DNA from: Glaucostegus cemiculus
Lineage: Eukaryota
Assembly: GCA_976551045.1 (NCBI GenBank)
Contig: CDPCPM010000018.1
Location: forward strand, 1,984,001 to 2,048,000
Length of the DNA: 64,000 bases
Direction: 5' to 3'
The position numbers were made by a program, and so were the translations under genes. Shown here one piece after another: positions 37,217 to 50,229 of this stretch. How positions within the stretch are numbered: the first letter of the stretch is position 1; every line of letters starts with the position of its first letter. The notes beneath the pieces were generated by a model. That model saw only the letters and a list, made by a program, of their open reading frames with translations. It was not told the origin of the DNA and ran no database searches.

Positions 37217-38099
37217 GGAATAGGTCAGATTATAAAATAATATGAAATAAGGATATTATTATAAAATAATGATATATTTCCAGCAATACAATTTTCAAAA
37301 CTCCTTGTGTCTTTTGAATTAATGAGGAAAACACAACTTTTCTGCAAATAGGCTTTTAAATGACTGAAATGTTTCTGCTTATCGTAGCTAACTCTACCAG
37401 GAAAAGTTCTGCTTATAGAATCAAAATATCCAAATACTGCCAAGGTATGTTCTGGTGTTGTGGCTGTGAGAAGGATTATACAGCTACCGAGGTTAAAATC
37501 TTAATCATCATTTAGCAGAAACCAGCAAAATCAGGGCAGGGGAAAGATGCAGTCCATCCCTGTATCATTTTCGTGTCTGATTTTTCACACGGATGGGGAG
37601 ATGGCTTGTATCAGGTGGGAAACTTGGACATTTTTATTATCTTTTGTTAAATAAGATTGCTGTGGGATATCAGCACTGTCCAACCACAGTAAGACATTAT
37701 GAAGGTAATAATGTTACTGTAGTGATTCACACAGTTACAATGATAATGTTTTACTCTGTGTGTCCATCATTGTTAGATGTCTTTCATGTTTGCTACTTTT
37801 TAAAAAATGACCTTTTGTTTTCTCTCTGCATGTTTGAAATCTGAAGCCATAAGGTAAATCTAAAACTCTCTTTCGTGGGAATCAGCCAGTACTTACTTGA
37901 GTCAGTCTTACATTGGGCCTCATTATGAAAGAGATTTCTGCCTCCTTGCAGCCTTCTAGACTTAATATCAAATTCTACATCTTCAGGTAACTTGCTCTTT
38001 CTGTCTATATCAGAATGATCATTTCTGCTTTAAAGTATCTGCCTGTGATACTGGCTCAAATTTTTTTCTCTTCATTATCATAGTCTGATTTGCAGGGTA

Positions 38100-38460
38100 T
38101 GTTTTACAATCCTGCATTTCATAACTCATTTCCATTGTTTCTATTCTCACTCTCTAACTGTCTCATTTGAAAGCTTTTGTGTGCTTTCTCTCTTTTATTG
38201 TCCCCATTAGTACTTCAACCAGATCTCCTCATGGCAATTCTGACCTCACTTTATCAGAGATATTCTTTTTATCCCATCCATCCCTCCCAACTCCTTATAT
38301 TCTCCACAATTTAAATCTAATTTGTTTTCTCATCTTCTTTCATTCTGTTGAAGGATTGTCCACTTGAAGCATTAACTGTGCTTCTCTTTCCATAAATGCT
38401 GCCTACCTTGCTGACTGTTGCCAGCATTTTCTGGTTTTGTTTTAGATTTCCAGCATCTTC
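38100..38460 (+). mobile_element. Penelope-like terminal repeat remnant
   Basis: ttctgttgaagg...ttgaagcattaactg...tttccataaatgctgcc..ccttgctga..gttgccagcattttctg; the same family recurs at ~520, 23882, 48200, 57655 and 61805. Confidence 0.5.
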
Positions 38461-39024
38461 CATGATTATGATTCCATTTTTTCATTTTCACTTACCTTGA
38501 GTTCAACTAAAGAAATCTGCTTTTCATATAGCAATCCTGTTTGTTGATGACTGCACTTGTGCTCTAAGTAAATTGAGAATCTGCTCCTCCTGCTCCCCAA
38601 GAAAGCTGTTAAAGAGAATTAAAAAATTACAGGGGCTTCTTCTAGCTATAATACTGCCTACAACCAGCTTTTACTGGTACCTCCATTAATGGCTATCACT
38701 GGCAAGCATTTGCAGTCAGCCTATTGGACACTGACATGCCCACCTGCAGTGACACAATCCTGCAGTTAAATGATGCCAGCAGCAAACATGCCAAAAAGGC
38801 AAAGGGAATAGCCATCTGCCTTTCAACCACTTTTCTGTCCAGATCCTGCAAGGCAGTAGGAGTTGGGACAGAGATGGCAGGTGGTGGTGCAATGAAGTTT
38901 AAAATTCTTCCTGACAGGTTAATACGTAACAAAAGTGTCAAACTTAATTTTACCTCTTAGATATTAAAGCAACGTGATCATGGCATACGATCACAAGGAA
39001 GGTTATGGTTGAGAATATAAACTC

Positions 39025-39260
39025 CCTCTCTTTCTTAGGCAGTTCCTCAGGATTAAGGATGATCTTTTTTCTTTCCAGCTTTTTGATTCTAATGTGGCTA
39101 ATAAGGCTGAGTTGAAACTGCAGACTTTTTCACAGTTGGGGCAAGAGGTGGACTTTGGGTAGTTTCTGAAGCAGTATGCTTCTTCTGCTGCTGATGCAAG
39201 CCTCTGTGTGCTCCTGATTCATGGCTCCGAGGTTCTCAGTACCATCCTTCCTGAAGCAAA
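39025..39260 (-). mobile_element. RTE 3' end, degenerate
   Basis: Reverse similarity to the 26484-26700 copy (ggggcaagaggtgg; tcttaggcag..cctc..gat..aggatga). Confidence 0.55.
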
Positions 39261-39324
39261 CAGTCAAAGTCCTGTCAGGGCAATTCATCTCCTGGGCTTT
39301 TCAATCTGCTTCCTGTGGTCTGGT

Positions 39325-39536
39325 CCTTGTTCTGCCTTCATCTTGCACCTTATTGTCTATCTACACTGCACTTTCTCTGCAGCTGTTACACTTTATTCGG
39401 CATTCTGTTATTGTTTTACCTTGTACAACCTCATTGCAATGTGTACTGTATTGATCTGTATGAACAGTACATAAGACAAGTTTTTCACTGTACCTCGGTA
39501 CATGTGACAGTAATAAACCAATTCCAATTCCAATTC
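39325..39536 (+). mobile_element. Rex1/Babar 3' end with (CAATTC)n tail
   Basis: Closely matches 18760-18940; ends tttcactgtacctcggtacatgtgacagtaataaaccaattccaattccaattc. Confidence 0.85.
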
Positions 39537-39984
39537 TGAAACAGCTAAGGTAGAGACAACAGCAGGAGCTTAGGGGGAATCACATGTATGCAAAATAGTA
39601 ATGCAGCCATGAGACTAGCACAGTGGTGTTGAAGGGGAGGGTGTTGACTGTGCATAATTTGGCCTATTATTCTTAGTGTTATGGTTCAAGGAACCTAATG
39701 TTGGATATAAAAAAGAAGAAAGAGTGCTATTACAACAATAATTATAGGTTTTATTTCCTTGTTAGACTAGTTTTGGAATAGCAGAAAATCGGTTCTGGCT
39801 GGAAGTCTGAAGCAGATACAGTCATAGAGCTGTACAACACAGAAATGGGCCCATCAAATTACCACGTCCATGCTGACCTTTTGTCCATCTACACTAATCC
39901 CGTTTTCCCGCATTAAGACCATATCCTTTCATACCTTGCCTATTTAAATATTTAATACCGAGAGAGCTCTCCAGTTTGTTGTCT

Positions 39985-40460
39985 TTTGGATGGACTGTTA
40001 AACCAAGGTCCCATGAGTTCCTTCAAAAGGGTCAAGACAGCAGCACTCTGAATGTTCTGAACTTTGGTTTAATGTGAGATGGTATTTTTAATGTTGATCT
40101 TAGTGAATTAACAATATTTACTTAAAATTGGCACAGGTGATAAAGTAAGTGCTGAGGCCTTAAGTTATGTCCAGCTGGTCATCTGGTCAGTGCTACTTTG
40201 GTTGGGCTTATTTTGAAGAACACAGTGAAGTTCTCCCCAGTGATCTAGGTAATATTTACTCTTAAATCAGGAAAATTATAAATAGATACCAGGTCACTAT
40301 CATGTTGCTGTTTGCAGGAGTTCTTGTATGTAAACTAATTGCAGAATTATCTGCATTATGACAATGATTGCAACTACCCATCAAGTGTATTTCTTTGGCT
40401 GTAATGCAATTTCGGATGTCCTCAGATTGTGAAATAAGCTACATGAATGCAACTTCTAAA
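39985..40460 (+). mobile_element. DeuSINE (SacSINE1/AmnSINE-like) remnant
   Basis: gttaaaccaaggtccc...tattttgaagaacac..gaagttctcccc..tg..ct.g..aatattta (Deu-domain-like), then an L2-type tail. Confidence 0.6.
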
Positions 40461-40991
40461 CAGAAAATGATGGCTTCTAACTTACTGCAAAATAAATTTT
40501 TGTGTGGCTTCCTGGTTACATCCTCACACATATCTACAGAAAAACCTCAACGGCTACAGAACCAGTTAGGTGAAAAACTTTCGGTAAATTCTTGTTTCTA
40601 TTTTTATAGCATTTCGTGTTCCGTCTACAACCAGCTTTGTGCATCATATTCCTAGTAAGAAAGGTGGGTAGCCAAAATTATCTCAATCGTCTGGTGTTGA
40701 GACTAATGTGTAGTTATTTGCTATGAGCTTGTTTAACATGATACTAACAATAGGTGCCTCATTTATAATTCAAAAGGTCTAAATTAAAAGGAATGAGGCA
40801 AAATGAAAATGACAAACTATCTACAAAATAGCAGAAATCTAAGGTTGCTCTGTTTGGATGAATTATGGGAACCAAAATATCATTTTCATCTATAATTATC
40901 ATACAATGTAACAGTATAGAACATTCATCAATAAGTACTGACTGCATCAATTTGGATTGGTTTCCGTCTGCTCAGATGACAATAAATATCT

Positions 40992-41625
40992 TTGCATTCA
41001 ATTCTGGTCACCCCGATATATTGCATTCAATTCTGGTTGTCCCATTATAGGAAGGTTGTGGAGGCTTTGAAGAGGGTGCAGAAGAGGTTTACCAGGATGC
41101 TGCCTGGATTAGAGCACATGTGCTCTAAGGAGAAGTTGGACTAACTTAGGTTGCTTTCTCTGGAGTGGCGGAGGTTGAGGGGAGACCTGATAGAAGTTTA
41201 TAAGATCATGAGAGACATAGATAGGGTAGACAGCTGGGTTATACAGATACATATCAGATATCTATTTCATTTAAATGCCATGTCACTGTTCAAAATTTAT
41301 TTCCCAGAGTTGAAATGTCTAATACTAGAGGGCATGCATTTAAGGTGAGAGGGAGTAAGTTCAAAAGAGATGTGTGGAGCAAGTTTTTTACACAGAGAAT
41401 GGTGGGTGCAGGGAATGCGCTGCCAGGGCTGATAGTAAAGGCAGATCCTATAGAGGCATTTAAAAGGCTTTTAGATAGGCACATGAATGTGCAGAGAATG
41501 AAGGGATATGGACATTGTGTAGACAGAAAGATTAATTTAGTTATGTGTTTAATTACCAGTTTAATTAGTGCAGCAAACATCATGGACTGAAGAGCCTGTT
41601 CCTGTGCTGTACTGTTCTATGTTCA
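40992..41625 (+). mobile_element. 5'-truncated CR1 carrying a foreign insertion at ~41235-41303
   Basis: LEWRRLRGDLIEVYKIMR.IDRVD and NTRGHAFKVRG..FKRDV..KFFTQR flank the insert; CR1 3' tail. Confidence 0.9.
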
Positions 41626-42989
41626 ATGTTCTAAATACTTATCCTGGGCATATCATATTAAACTGGCAGGATCGATCATTTGAATGCTTGGTCTCACTCC
41701 TTGACATTTGCCACCAACTACCAGGGCCTACACAGATATATGAAGTAGAAACACCAACCTATGCAGCAGGCATCCTATCCTCCTACTAATAGTAAAATGA
41801 CACACAATCAACTCGTTCTCCTGAATGTCTCCAGATTGTCTATTTCAAACCAAGATGATCAGTGGTGCCTTGCCACCAAGAAATTCGCAGGCATCCCAGG
41901 CCAGCATTAGAAACCTGGTATCATGGAGCTCTGGCATTATTTACTGCCCTTGAGAAAATTGGTTCCTATGAATGATGGAACATCACATGGTTTTCATGGA
42001 TAGTTGGAAATATGCCATAAAATAAAATTACGTGCATCATATAAACTGTATGACAGATAATACAAACTAATACAAATTAGACTAGGTATTAGTGTCTTAC
42101 TTTGCATCCTTTCATTAACTTGATTTTTAATGTGAGACTCTGAAATACTTAATTGGCAAGAAGAGCATATCTTCCAAGGGTTGTACATGAGAAATGTAAA
42201 ATATTGACTGACTATCCATTATATTGGAATACAAAATTCCAAATTAGTGCTCAAACAGTAACACTAGAAACAAATTTGTAAAAGATGAGAACAAAAAGAT
42301 AAACAAAATAGAAAATTACAATGCTAGGCTAAATTGAGCTAAATGGAGGATGCTATAAGTTACAGAATAACCTTTATCCTATTGGCAAGTTTCAAATTTC
42401 CAGCTTCTAATTTTCCCATTTGTTTTTGGATGCAGTTCTTTCAAGTGTAGTGGCACCAAAGTGATAAAACTTTCTTAATTTTGTAATACAAAGTTCTGAG
42501 GAAAGGTTTGACTGAGTAGATGTTTTCTTTTGAGGGGAAATCTAGACTAGGGGGCATAGTTTTAGAATAAAGGGTTACTTATTATGACAGAGATATAAAA
42601 AAATTCCTACTCTCTGAAAGTTATGACTCTCCAGAAGTTTTGACTCCAGAATACCGTGCAGGTTGAATCTTTGAAAGTTATCCGTGGCTGAGATAGACAG
42701 AGGAGTCAGTGGTTCTGAGCAGTGAAGTGGAACTCAGGCCAAGATCAGATCATCTATTATCTTAATGGGTGGTTCAAAAGGATTGATTTCAGCCTCCGGA
42801 AGGTCTATTTCTGTTCATATTTCTTATTTTCTAACTCTTTTGTAATAAAAGCCAAAGTACATTTTCCTTCCTATTTGATTATCATTATACTCTTCAGCCC
42901 ATCACATCCATGCCAACCTTTTTTCTCATCTTTACTTATCCCATTTCTTTGCATTAGAGAAATATCCATATCCTTCTCTCCCTTATCTA

Positions 42990-44160
42990 CTCAAGTGCCT
43001 TTCTAAGTGTCTCTTAAGTATAGTGATTGTATATGATTCCACCACCTGCCTAGTGTCCTACCAATTACTGTGTATGTCCTACCCCTATATGAATTCCCAA
43101 AAAGTACCACCTTGCTCTTATCAGGATTAAATTCTATCTGCCAAAACTGCTCCCAATTTTCCATCTGATCTATATCTTAGTTTAATCACAGACAACCTTC
43201 CTCACTATCCATGACACCACCAATTTTGGTATTGTCTGCAAATTTACTCACCATTCCTTCTACATTCACATCCAAGTTTTTAATATATATCACAAACAAC
43301 AAGGGACCCATCACAGATCCCTGGGTATATCACTGGTCACAGACTTCCAATCAGAAAAACATCCTTCCACCACCACCCACTGTCTCCCATCACCAAGTCA
43401 ATTTTGGATCTTATAAGATAAGATAAGATTATTTGCCATCTTGCCTTGGATTCCATGTGCCTTAACCTTCTGGACCAGCCTACCATGTAGGACTTTGCAA
43501 ATACCTTACTAAACTCTGTATTAACAATGTCTACCAGCCTGCCTTCATCAACCTTCGGAGTTAACTTCTCAAAATAAAGCTAGGATTTCCCCTACACAAA
43601 ACTCTGCTGACTACCTCTGCTCTGCTCTGCCTTTTCAAAAGTCCTATTGATTAGGATTTTCTCCAATAATCTCCCTACCACTGACATGAGGCTCGCTGGC
43701 TTGTAGTTACCTGGCTTATCCCTGCTGCCCTTCTTAAATAAAGGAACAACATTAGCTATTCTCCAGTCTGCTGACACCTTAGCTGTGGCTAATGAAGATG
43801 CAAAAATCTCCATCAGGACCCTAGCTGTCTCCTCCCTTGCTTCCTACAGCAACCTGGGATAGATCTCATCCAGACCTGGGGATTTATCAATCCTTAAGCA
43901 TTACGTAACATCCAACACCTGCTCCTTAATACTGACCTGCTCCAGATTATCCATGAACCCCTCTCTGAACTCAGTATCTTCCATAACCTTCTCCTTGGTG
44001 AATACAAAAGAGAAGTATTCATTTAGGACCTCGCCCACATTGCATAGATTACTCCTTTGGTCTCTAAGGGGATCCAATGTTTTCCTGGTTAACCTCCTGG
44101 TCCTGATATTTTGGGATTCTCCTTAATCTTACTTGCCAAGGATATTTCATGGCCCCTTTT
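42990..44160 (-). mobile_element. Degenerate CR1 ORF2 fragment
   Basis: DWRIANVVPLFKKGSRDKPGNYKP.SL.SVVG.LLEKIL and FADNTKIGG motifs on minus. Confidence 0.85.
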
Positions 44161-45802
44161 CTCTTTACATATGGCCTGCTTCAGCCTGAAATTTATGTTG
44201 GGGAGGAAATTTATTAATTTCAGGGTAACCCAGTTTTCTGCAGTCAAAAAACTGATAGGTTTTTGTCACTCAAAGATAATGGTCCATAAGTTGTTTACCT
44301 GGAGAAAATATTTGTTCATCCAAAACTGGATAACAGGCAAGGAGTTGTTAACATAGGCAGTGGAAGAATCAAGACAGACAATGGAGAGAAAAAGATGGAT
44401 CTTGATATTGTACTTGTAGAACCTGGCACCATTTGATGACAATGAGGGCCAGCATGTAAAAAAAAATAGATGGGATCCAACAATGGATTTTTGGGAAAGT
44501 ATTGAAATAGTAATATGGAAGCAGGAAGCAGAGGTGTTGATGGAGGTATTCTAGCAATGGCTGAATAAGTAAGAACAAGAACAAATGATGCACTCCCACT
44601 GAATTAAACAATTGTGGAGAGATACTGGAGGATGACGGTGTGATCAACCATGCCAAAGCCACAGAATGGCTGTGAAGAATGAGGAGGAAATGTGCACTAC
44701 AGGGCTGATCCCATGAGACAGTGTTTCTGGCTGATTTGAAATCACGTTAACTTATGACTATTTAATCATTGTACTTGCATTTCTTTTTGAAGGGTCAAAA
44801 ATAAAGAATGGAAATGTTTATAATTTACATTTCTTGAAAGTTGGTCCTGTTCCTGTCATTGCCTGGTAAATGAACAAAAAAGTTTTGTTTTCTCAGTTCT
44901 CTGGGAAATTTTAAATGTTTGTGGAGCACAACCTCAATCATTATATAGATTAGTTTTCTTTTGAAAAGCCCAGAACAAAACCATGTTTGTAACAGAATTC
45001 CTCTGAGTTCATGGTTTAGACCTCATTGGTATAAAAGGAGGTTGAGAAACAATTAAGTGCATCTACACTGGAAAACCAAGAAATTCAGAGGATGAGCCTC
45101 CTTCTGGTTGTCACTTTTGCCTTCCCCTGACTGCTTGTCAGTAACATGAATCAAGGATGCAACAAGTGTATACTTTGGGCAGTAAAAGCCCTAAAAGTTT
45201 TTTATTACTTTCAATAAGATTTTCTTTATTAGCAGTTTATGTTGTTCTATGTCCCTAACCAGTAGATAAAAGCTGTATAGAATGTTCTGAACGTAATCTG
45301 AAAGCTTTGTTTGCGCAGACAGTGACTGCATTGGAAAGAAAACAGGCGCCGAGTCCAGAGTGATGAAATCACCTTGGCGCCACAGCTCACCTCACCTTAA
45401 ACACCGACAAGCCAATGCCCTTGTGTTTGAAATAAGTACAAAAAAGTGGAAATGGTAGAAATTTGAAATAAAATTAGAAATGCTGAAAATATCTAGGAGT
45501 CAGTCAGATCCCAAATGTAGAAAAGACAGTTTTGCAGTTTATCGTTCATTAGTTTCACTTCTTAGCCTTTGAGAAAGAATCAGATAAGGGCCCTGCTTAT
45601 CCATATTTAGGTTGGGTAGATATATAACAACTTACAAGCCAGTTTGACTTTTATTTTCAGTGTGTGGAATTATTTATTATCAAGCCTGTGACTTTTTATC
45701 TTTTAGCCTATTTAGGCTAGCATTTTGCTTTGCAACTACAAGCATATACATCCATACACGTATATTACAACAGAAAATGCTGGAAATGCTCGACAGGTTT
45801 TA

Positions 45803-46522
45803 GACCATAAGACCATAAGATATAGGAGCAGAATTAAGCCACTCAGTCCATTGAGATTACTTCACCATTCGATCATGGCTGATTTATTTTTCCCTCTCAA
45901 CCCCATTCTCCTGCCTTCTCCCCATAATCTCTGACGCCCTTACTAATGAAGAACTTATCAACCTCCACTTTAAATATACCCAGTGACTTGGCCTCCACAG
46001 CCGTCTGTGGCAATGAATTCCACAGATTCACCACCCTCTGGCGAAAGAAATTCCTCCTCACCTCTGTTCTAAAGCAATGTCCTTCTATTCTGAGTCTGTG
46101 CCCTCTGGTCCTAGACTCTCCCACTATTGGAAACATCCTCTCTACCAGGCCTTTCAATATTCGGTAAATTTCAAAGAGATTCCCCTTCATCCTTCTAAAC
46201 TCCAGTGAGTACAGGCCCAGAGCCAACAAATGCTCCTCACATGTTAAACCTTTCATTCCCAGGATCATTCTTGTAAACTCCTCTGGACGGTCTCCAACGC
46301 CAGCACATCCATCCTTAGATATGGAGCCCAAAACTCCTCACAATACTCCAAATGTAGTCTGCCCAAAGTCTTATAAATCCACAGCATTATATCCTTGCTT
46401 TTATATCCTAGTCCTCTCGAAATGAATGAAAACATTGCATTTGCCATCCTTTCTACTGACTCAATGTGCAAGTTAATCTTTAGGGAATCCTGCACTAGAA
46501 CTCCCAAGTCCCTTTGCACCTC
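45803..46522 (-). mobile_element. CR1 3' fragment
   Basis: QRDLGVLV, HLEYC..FWAPY, LGLYSLEFRRM, RRNFF.QRVVNLWNSLP; (CATAAGAC)n tail at ~45803. Confidence 0.92.
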
Positions 46523-46814
46523 TGTTTGTACTCAGTTATTTTGCAGCAACTGTGGTGAGAGCAAGGTAATTAATATCTCACATCTGCAATCTTTTATCAG
46601 GACACAGTACTGGGGCAGAAGGTTGGCTTTTGTAAATGTCAATCTGAAATTTACCTTCTTATGAAAGGACATTGTGTGTTGGTGAGTGCAGAAGCAGTAT
46701 GAACACAATCAAAAAAAACTTTAGCTGCTGATGAAATTCAAAATCAAAAGAAGATCAAAAGCTATTTCTACATCATAAAATCATTGTGTTCCTTTCCCTG
46801 AAAATAAATTTAGT

Positions 46815-48060
46815 TTGGAATTGGAATTGGAATTGGTTTATTATTGTCACATGTACCAAGGTACAGTGAAAAATTCATCTTGCATATCGTTCATACAGAT
46901 CAATTCATTACCAGTGCATTGAGATAGTACAAGGTAGTACAATACAGAATGCAGATTAAAGTGTCACAGCTACAGAGAAAATGCAATGCTGGTAGACAGT
47001 AAAGTGCAAGTTCATAACAAGGTAGATTGTGAGGTCAAGAATCCATCTTATTGTACTAGGGAACCATTCAATAGTCTTATAACAGCAGGATAGCAGCTGT
47101 CCTTCAGCCTGGTGGTACATGCTTTCAGGCTTTTGTATCTTCTGCCCAGTGGGAGAAGGGAGAAGAGAGAATGTGGGTGGAGTCTTTGAATACACTGGCT
47201 TCTTTACAGAGGCAGCGAGAATCATAAACAGAGTCCATGGAGGGGAGGCTGGTTTCCGTGTTGTGCTGAGCTGTGTCCACAGCTCTCTGCAGTTTCTTGT
47301 AGTCCCGGGCAGACAGTTGCTGTACCAAGCCATGATGCATCCAGATAGGATGCTTTCTACGGTGCATTGATAAAAGTTGGTGAGTGTCAAGGGGGTCATG
47401 CCAAATTTCTTTAGCCTCCTGAGGAAGTAGAAGTGCTGGTGAGCTTTCTTGGCAATGGCATCTACGTGGTTGGACCAGGACAAGCTATTGGTGATGTTCA
47501 CTCCTAGGAACCCTCTTGACCTCAGCACCATTGATGTAGACAGGAGCATGTGCACCGTCCCCCTCTCTGAAGTCAATGACCAGCTCTTTTGCTTTGCTGA
47601 CATTGAGGAAAAATGTTGTTGTCATGACACCATGCCACTAGGCTTCTATCTCCTTCCTGTACTCTGACTCATTGTTAATTGAGATACAGCCCATTACAGT
47701 GGTATCATCTGCAAACTTGTAGATAGCATTAGTGCAGAATCTGACCATGCATTTGTGAGTTTATAGGGATTAGAGTAGGGGACTGAGGACACAGCCTTGT
47801 GGAGCACCAGTGTTGAGAATAATCTTGCAGGAGGTGTTTTTGCCTATCCTTATTGATTGCATTCTGTTGGTCAGGAAGTCAAGGATCCATTTGCAGAGGG
47901 AGCTGTTGAGTCCCAGATCTCAGAGCTTGGTGAGGAGTTTGCTTGGAATTATAGTATTGAAGGTGGAGCTGTAGTCAGTAAACAATAGTCTAACGTAGGT
48001 GTCTCTAGATGCTCCAGAGATGAGGGTAGGGCCAGGGAGATGGCACCTGCCATAGACCTG
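46815..48060 (-). mobile_element. Rex1/Babar LINE RT and 3' end
   Basis: TYVRLLF.DYSSTFNTIIPSKL, FLGVNITNSLSW, FLRRLKKFG..LTNFY.CTVESIL; (GGAATT)n tail at 46816-46835. Confidence 0.92.
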
Positions 48061-48597
48061 TTTCTCTTTAATTCTGGTTGGATTTATCTTAATTGGATAA
48101 ATCACAAATTATAATGCTAAAGAATAAAATCTCATAATATTATTAATTGCAACATTTACACCCATGGAGCCAGAAGTAACTAATTAACTGACAGGTGTAA
48201 AAACATTGGAAATGCTTGACAATACAGGCAGCATGTGTGGAGAGAACTGGAAAGTTATCAATTCAGATCAAGGTAACCTTCAAAAGAACAAGAGAAAATA
48301 CAGACTGGATTTCAAGCGAAAAGGAGCAAGGGCATTGAGAGCGAATACTGAGAGATGAAGTGGGAGGATTTGTGATTTGTTTAAATGGAAAACAGAAGAT
48401 GTTTACATGGTTAAAGTAAGACAAAGGTTTCCATGCAGTTGAATTCATGAGTTCAACACAATGTGAAACATTGACTGGAATTGAATAAGGTAATGTCACT
48501 TCTGCACAATAACCGAATGAACTAAGCTCAGAGACTTTACAAAGAGGAGAGTGATAATATTTTCATCTTTTTTTTAATCACAAATGTTTTTGCACTT

Positions 48598-49410
48598 GTC
48601 ATAGAGCCATAGAATAGTACAGCACAGAAATGGCCTCTTCAGCCCACTATGTCCATGCCAATCTACGCTAATCCCATTTGCCTGCAATATGACCTTATCA
48701 TTCTATACTTCGCCCATTTAAATTCCTGTCTAAATACTTCTTGAACATTTTAATTGTATTTGATTGCATCACCTACCCTGGCAGCACTGTCCAGATGTCA
48801 ACCACTCTCTGTCTATAAAAACTTATCCCTCAGTTCCCCTTTAAAACCCCTTTATCTCACCTTAAAACCTCTTGTTTTTTGTATCCCTATCATGAGATAA
48901 AGATTTGGACTACCCCCCCTACCCTATCTATTTCATAATCTTATGTACTTGGCTCAGGTCACCTGTCAGCCTCATGCACTCCAGGGAAAACAAGCTCATA
49001 TGATCCAATCTTTTCCCATAGCTAAAGTCCTTCCATCCAGGTAATATCTCAACAGCAGTCTGTCCAGTGCCACCTCATCCTTTCTGTAGTATGGCAACCA
49101 GAATTGCACACAATAGTCCAAGCATGGTCTAACCAGTATTTTGTAAAGTTGCAACATCCCACATTTAAATTCTATGCCTTGATTTACAAAGGCAAGCATG
49201 CCATATGCCTTCTAAACCACCCTATCCATCTGTGTTGCCACCTGTAGGGAACTGTGGACTTGGATCCCTGGGTCCCTCTGTTCAGCAACATTCCTTACAG
49301 CCCTACATTTACTGTACATGTCCTACTCCTATTTTACTTCTCAAAATGCACCACTTTGCACTTGTCAGGATTAAATTCCATCTGCCAATGCTCCGCCCAA
49401 CTTTCCATCT
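48598..49410 (-). mobile_element. Degenerate CR1 3' fragment
   Basis: MLAFVNQGIEFK, LYKILVRPCLDYCVQFW; reverse CR1 terminus at 48600-48650. Confidence 0.85.
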
Positions 49411-50229
49411 TGGATTCAATCCAGTCGACACAAAGGGGAACCAAATATACAGACCCTCATTGCACATTGCTTTCTTTCTCTGCGTAAAAATCTCAAGAAC
49501 ATGAAAATTTATCGCATGCCCTATAGACCGCACACAGTCTTCAATTTCCAGCCACATATTTAATCTCATCATGTAGAATTCAAAATTAATGCACCCAAGT
49601 TCCCAAAGGCTTAGGGTTACTGTATTTATCCTTCAACCTTATTTCTGATGCACAGACTTCTCTGAAGTTTGCACTGTATGAGAAAGAATATATACTTCAA
49701 TGAGAAGAGATAATCAGACATTTCCACTCAAGAATACAAGCTCCAGATTTTTTAATTAGTAAGGGAACCTGAAGTGGAAACCTTTGATCTACTTCAGTCT
49801 GTCTAATTTGTTACTTAACTTGTACCATTTTGTGTGCCTAAGGACTGTAGTTCCTCTTCAAACACAGTAGATCTAAAGAAACAAGACTGAAGGAGTTTCC
49901 TGTCAGGAAGGGTTGGAATTTGTGTAGGATGTGGAATGTTGTATCTGCAAGTCAAGCTTGTTTTTTAATTCCTCTGCAAGTACAAGTTTTGCCTTTCCAG
50001 TTACACACCCAGATTCCTCTTAGGCTTTCTGTCATGACTGCCAAATAGTTTGGGTAAGGTGAACAGGCAGGGAAGACAGCACAGTTCATTGCACCAGCCT
50101 CTCTTCTTCCTGAAATATAACAGAAGGTAAATGCACAGTTCTAATATACATAATATATTTATCCAATTTATCCTAAACCTTTGTGTTATTATTCAGCATC
50201 CCTGTTTAGGTAGAACTTGCCATTGCTGT

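Noticed and set aside
50001-50053. Plus-strand exon-like unit (tttccag|...TGG|gtaagg)
   Set aside because: Stops in all three frames and no partner exons identified.
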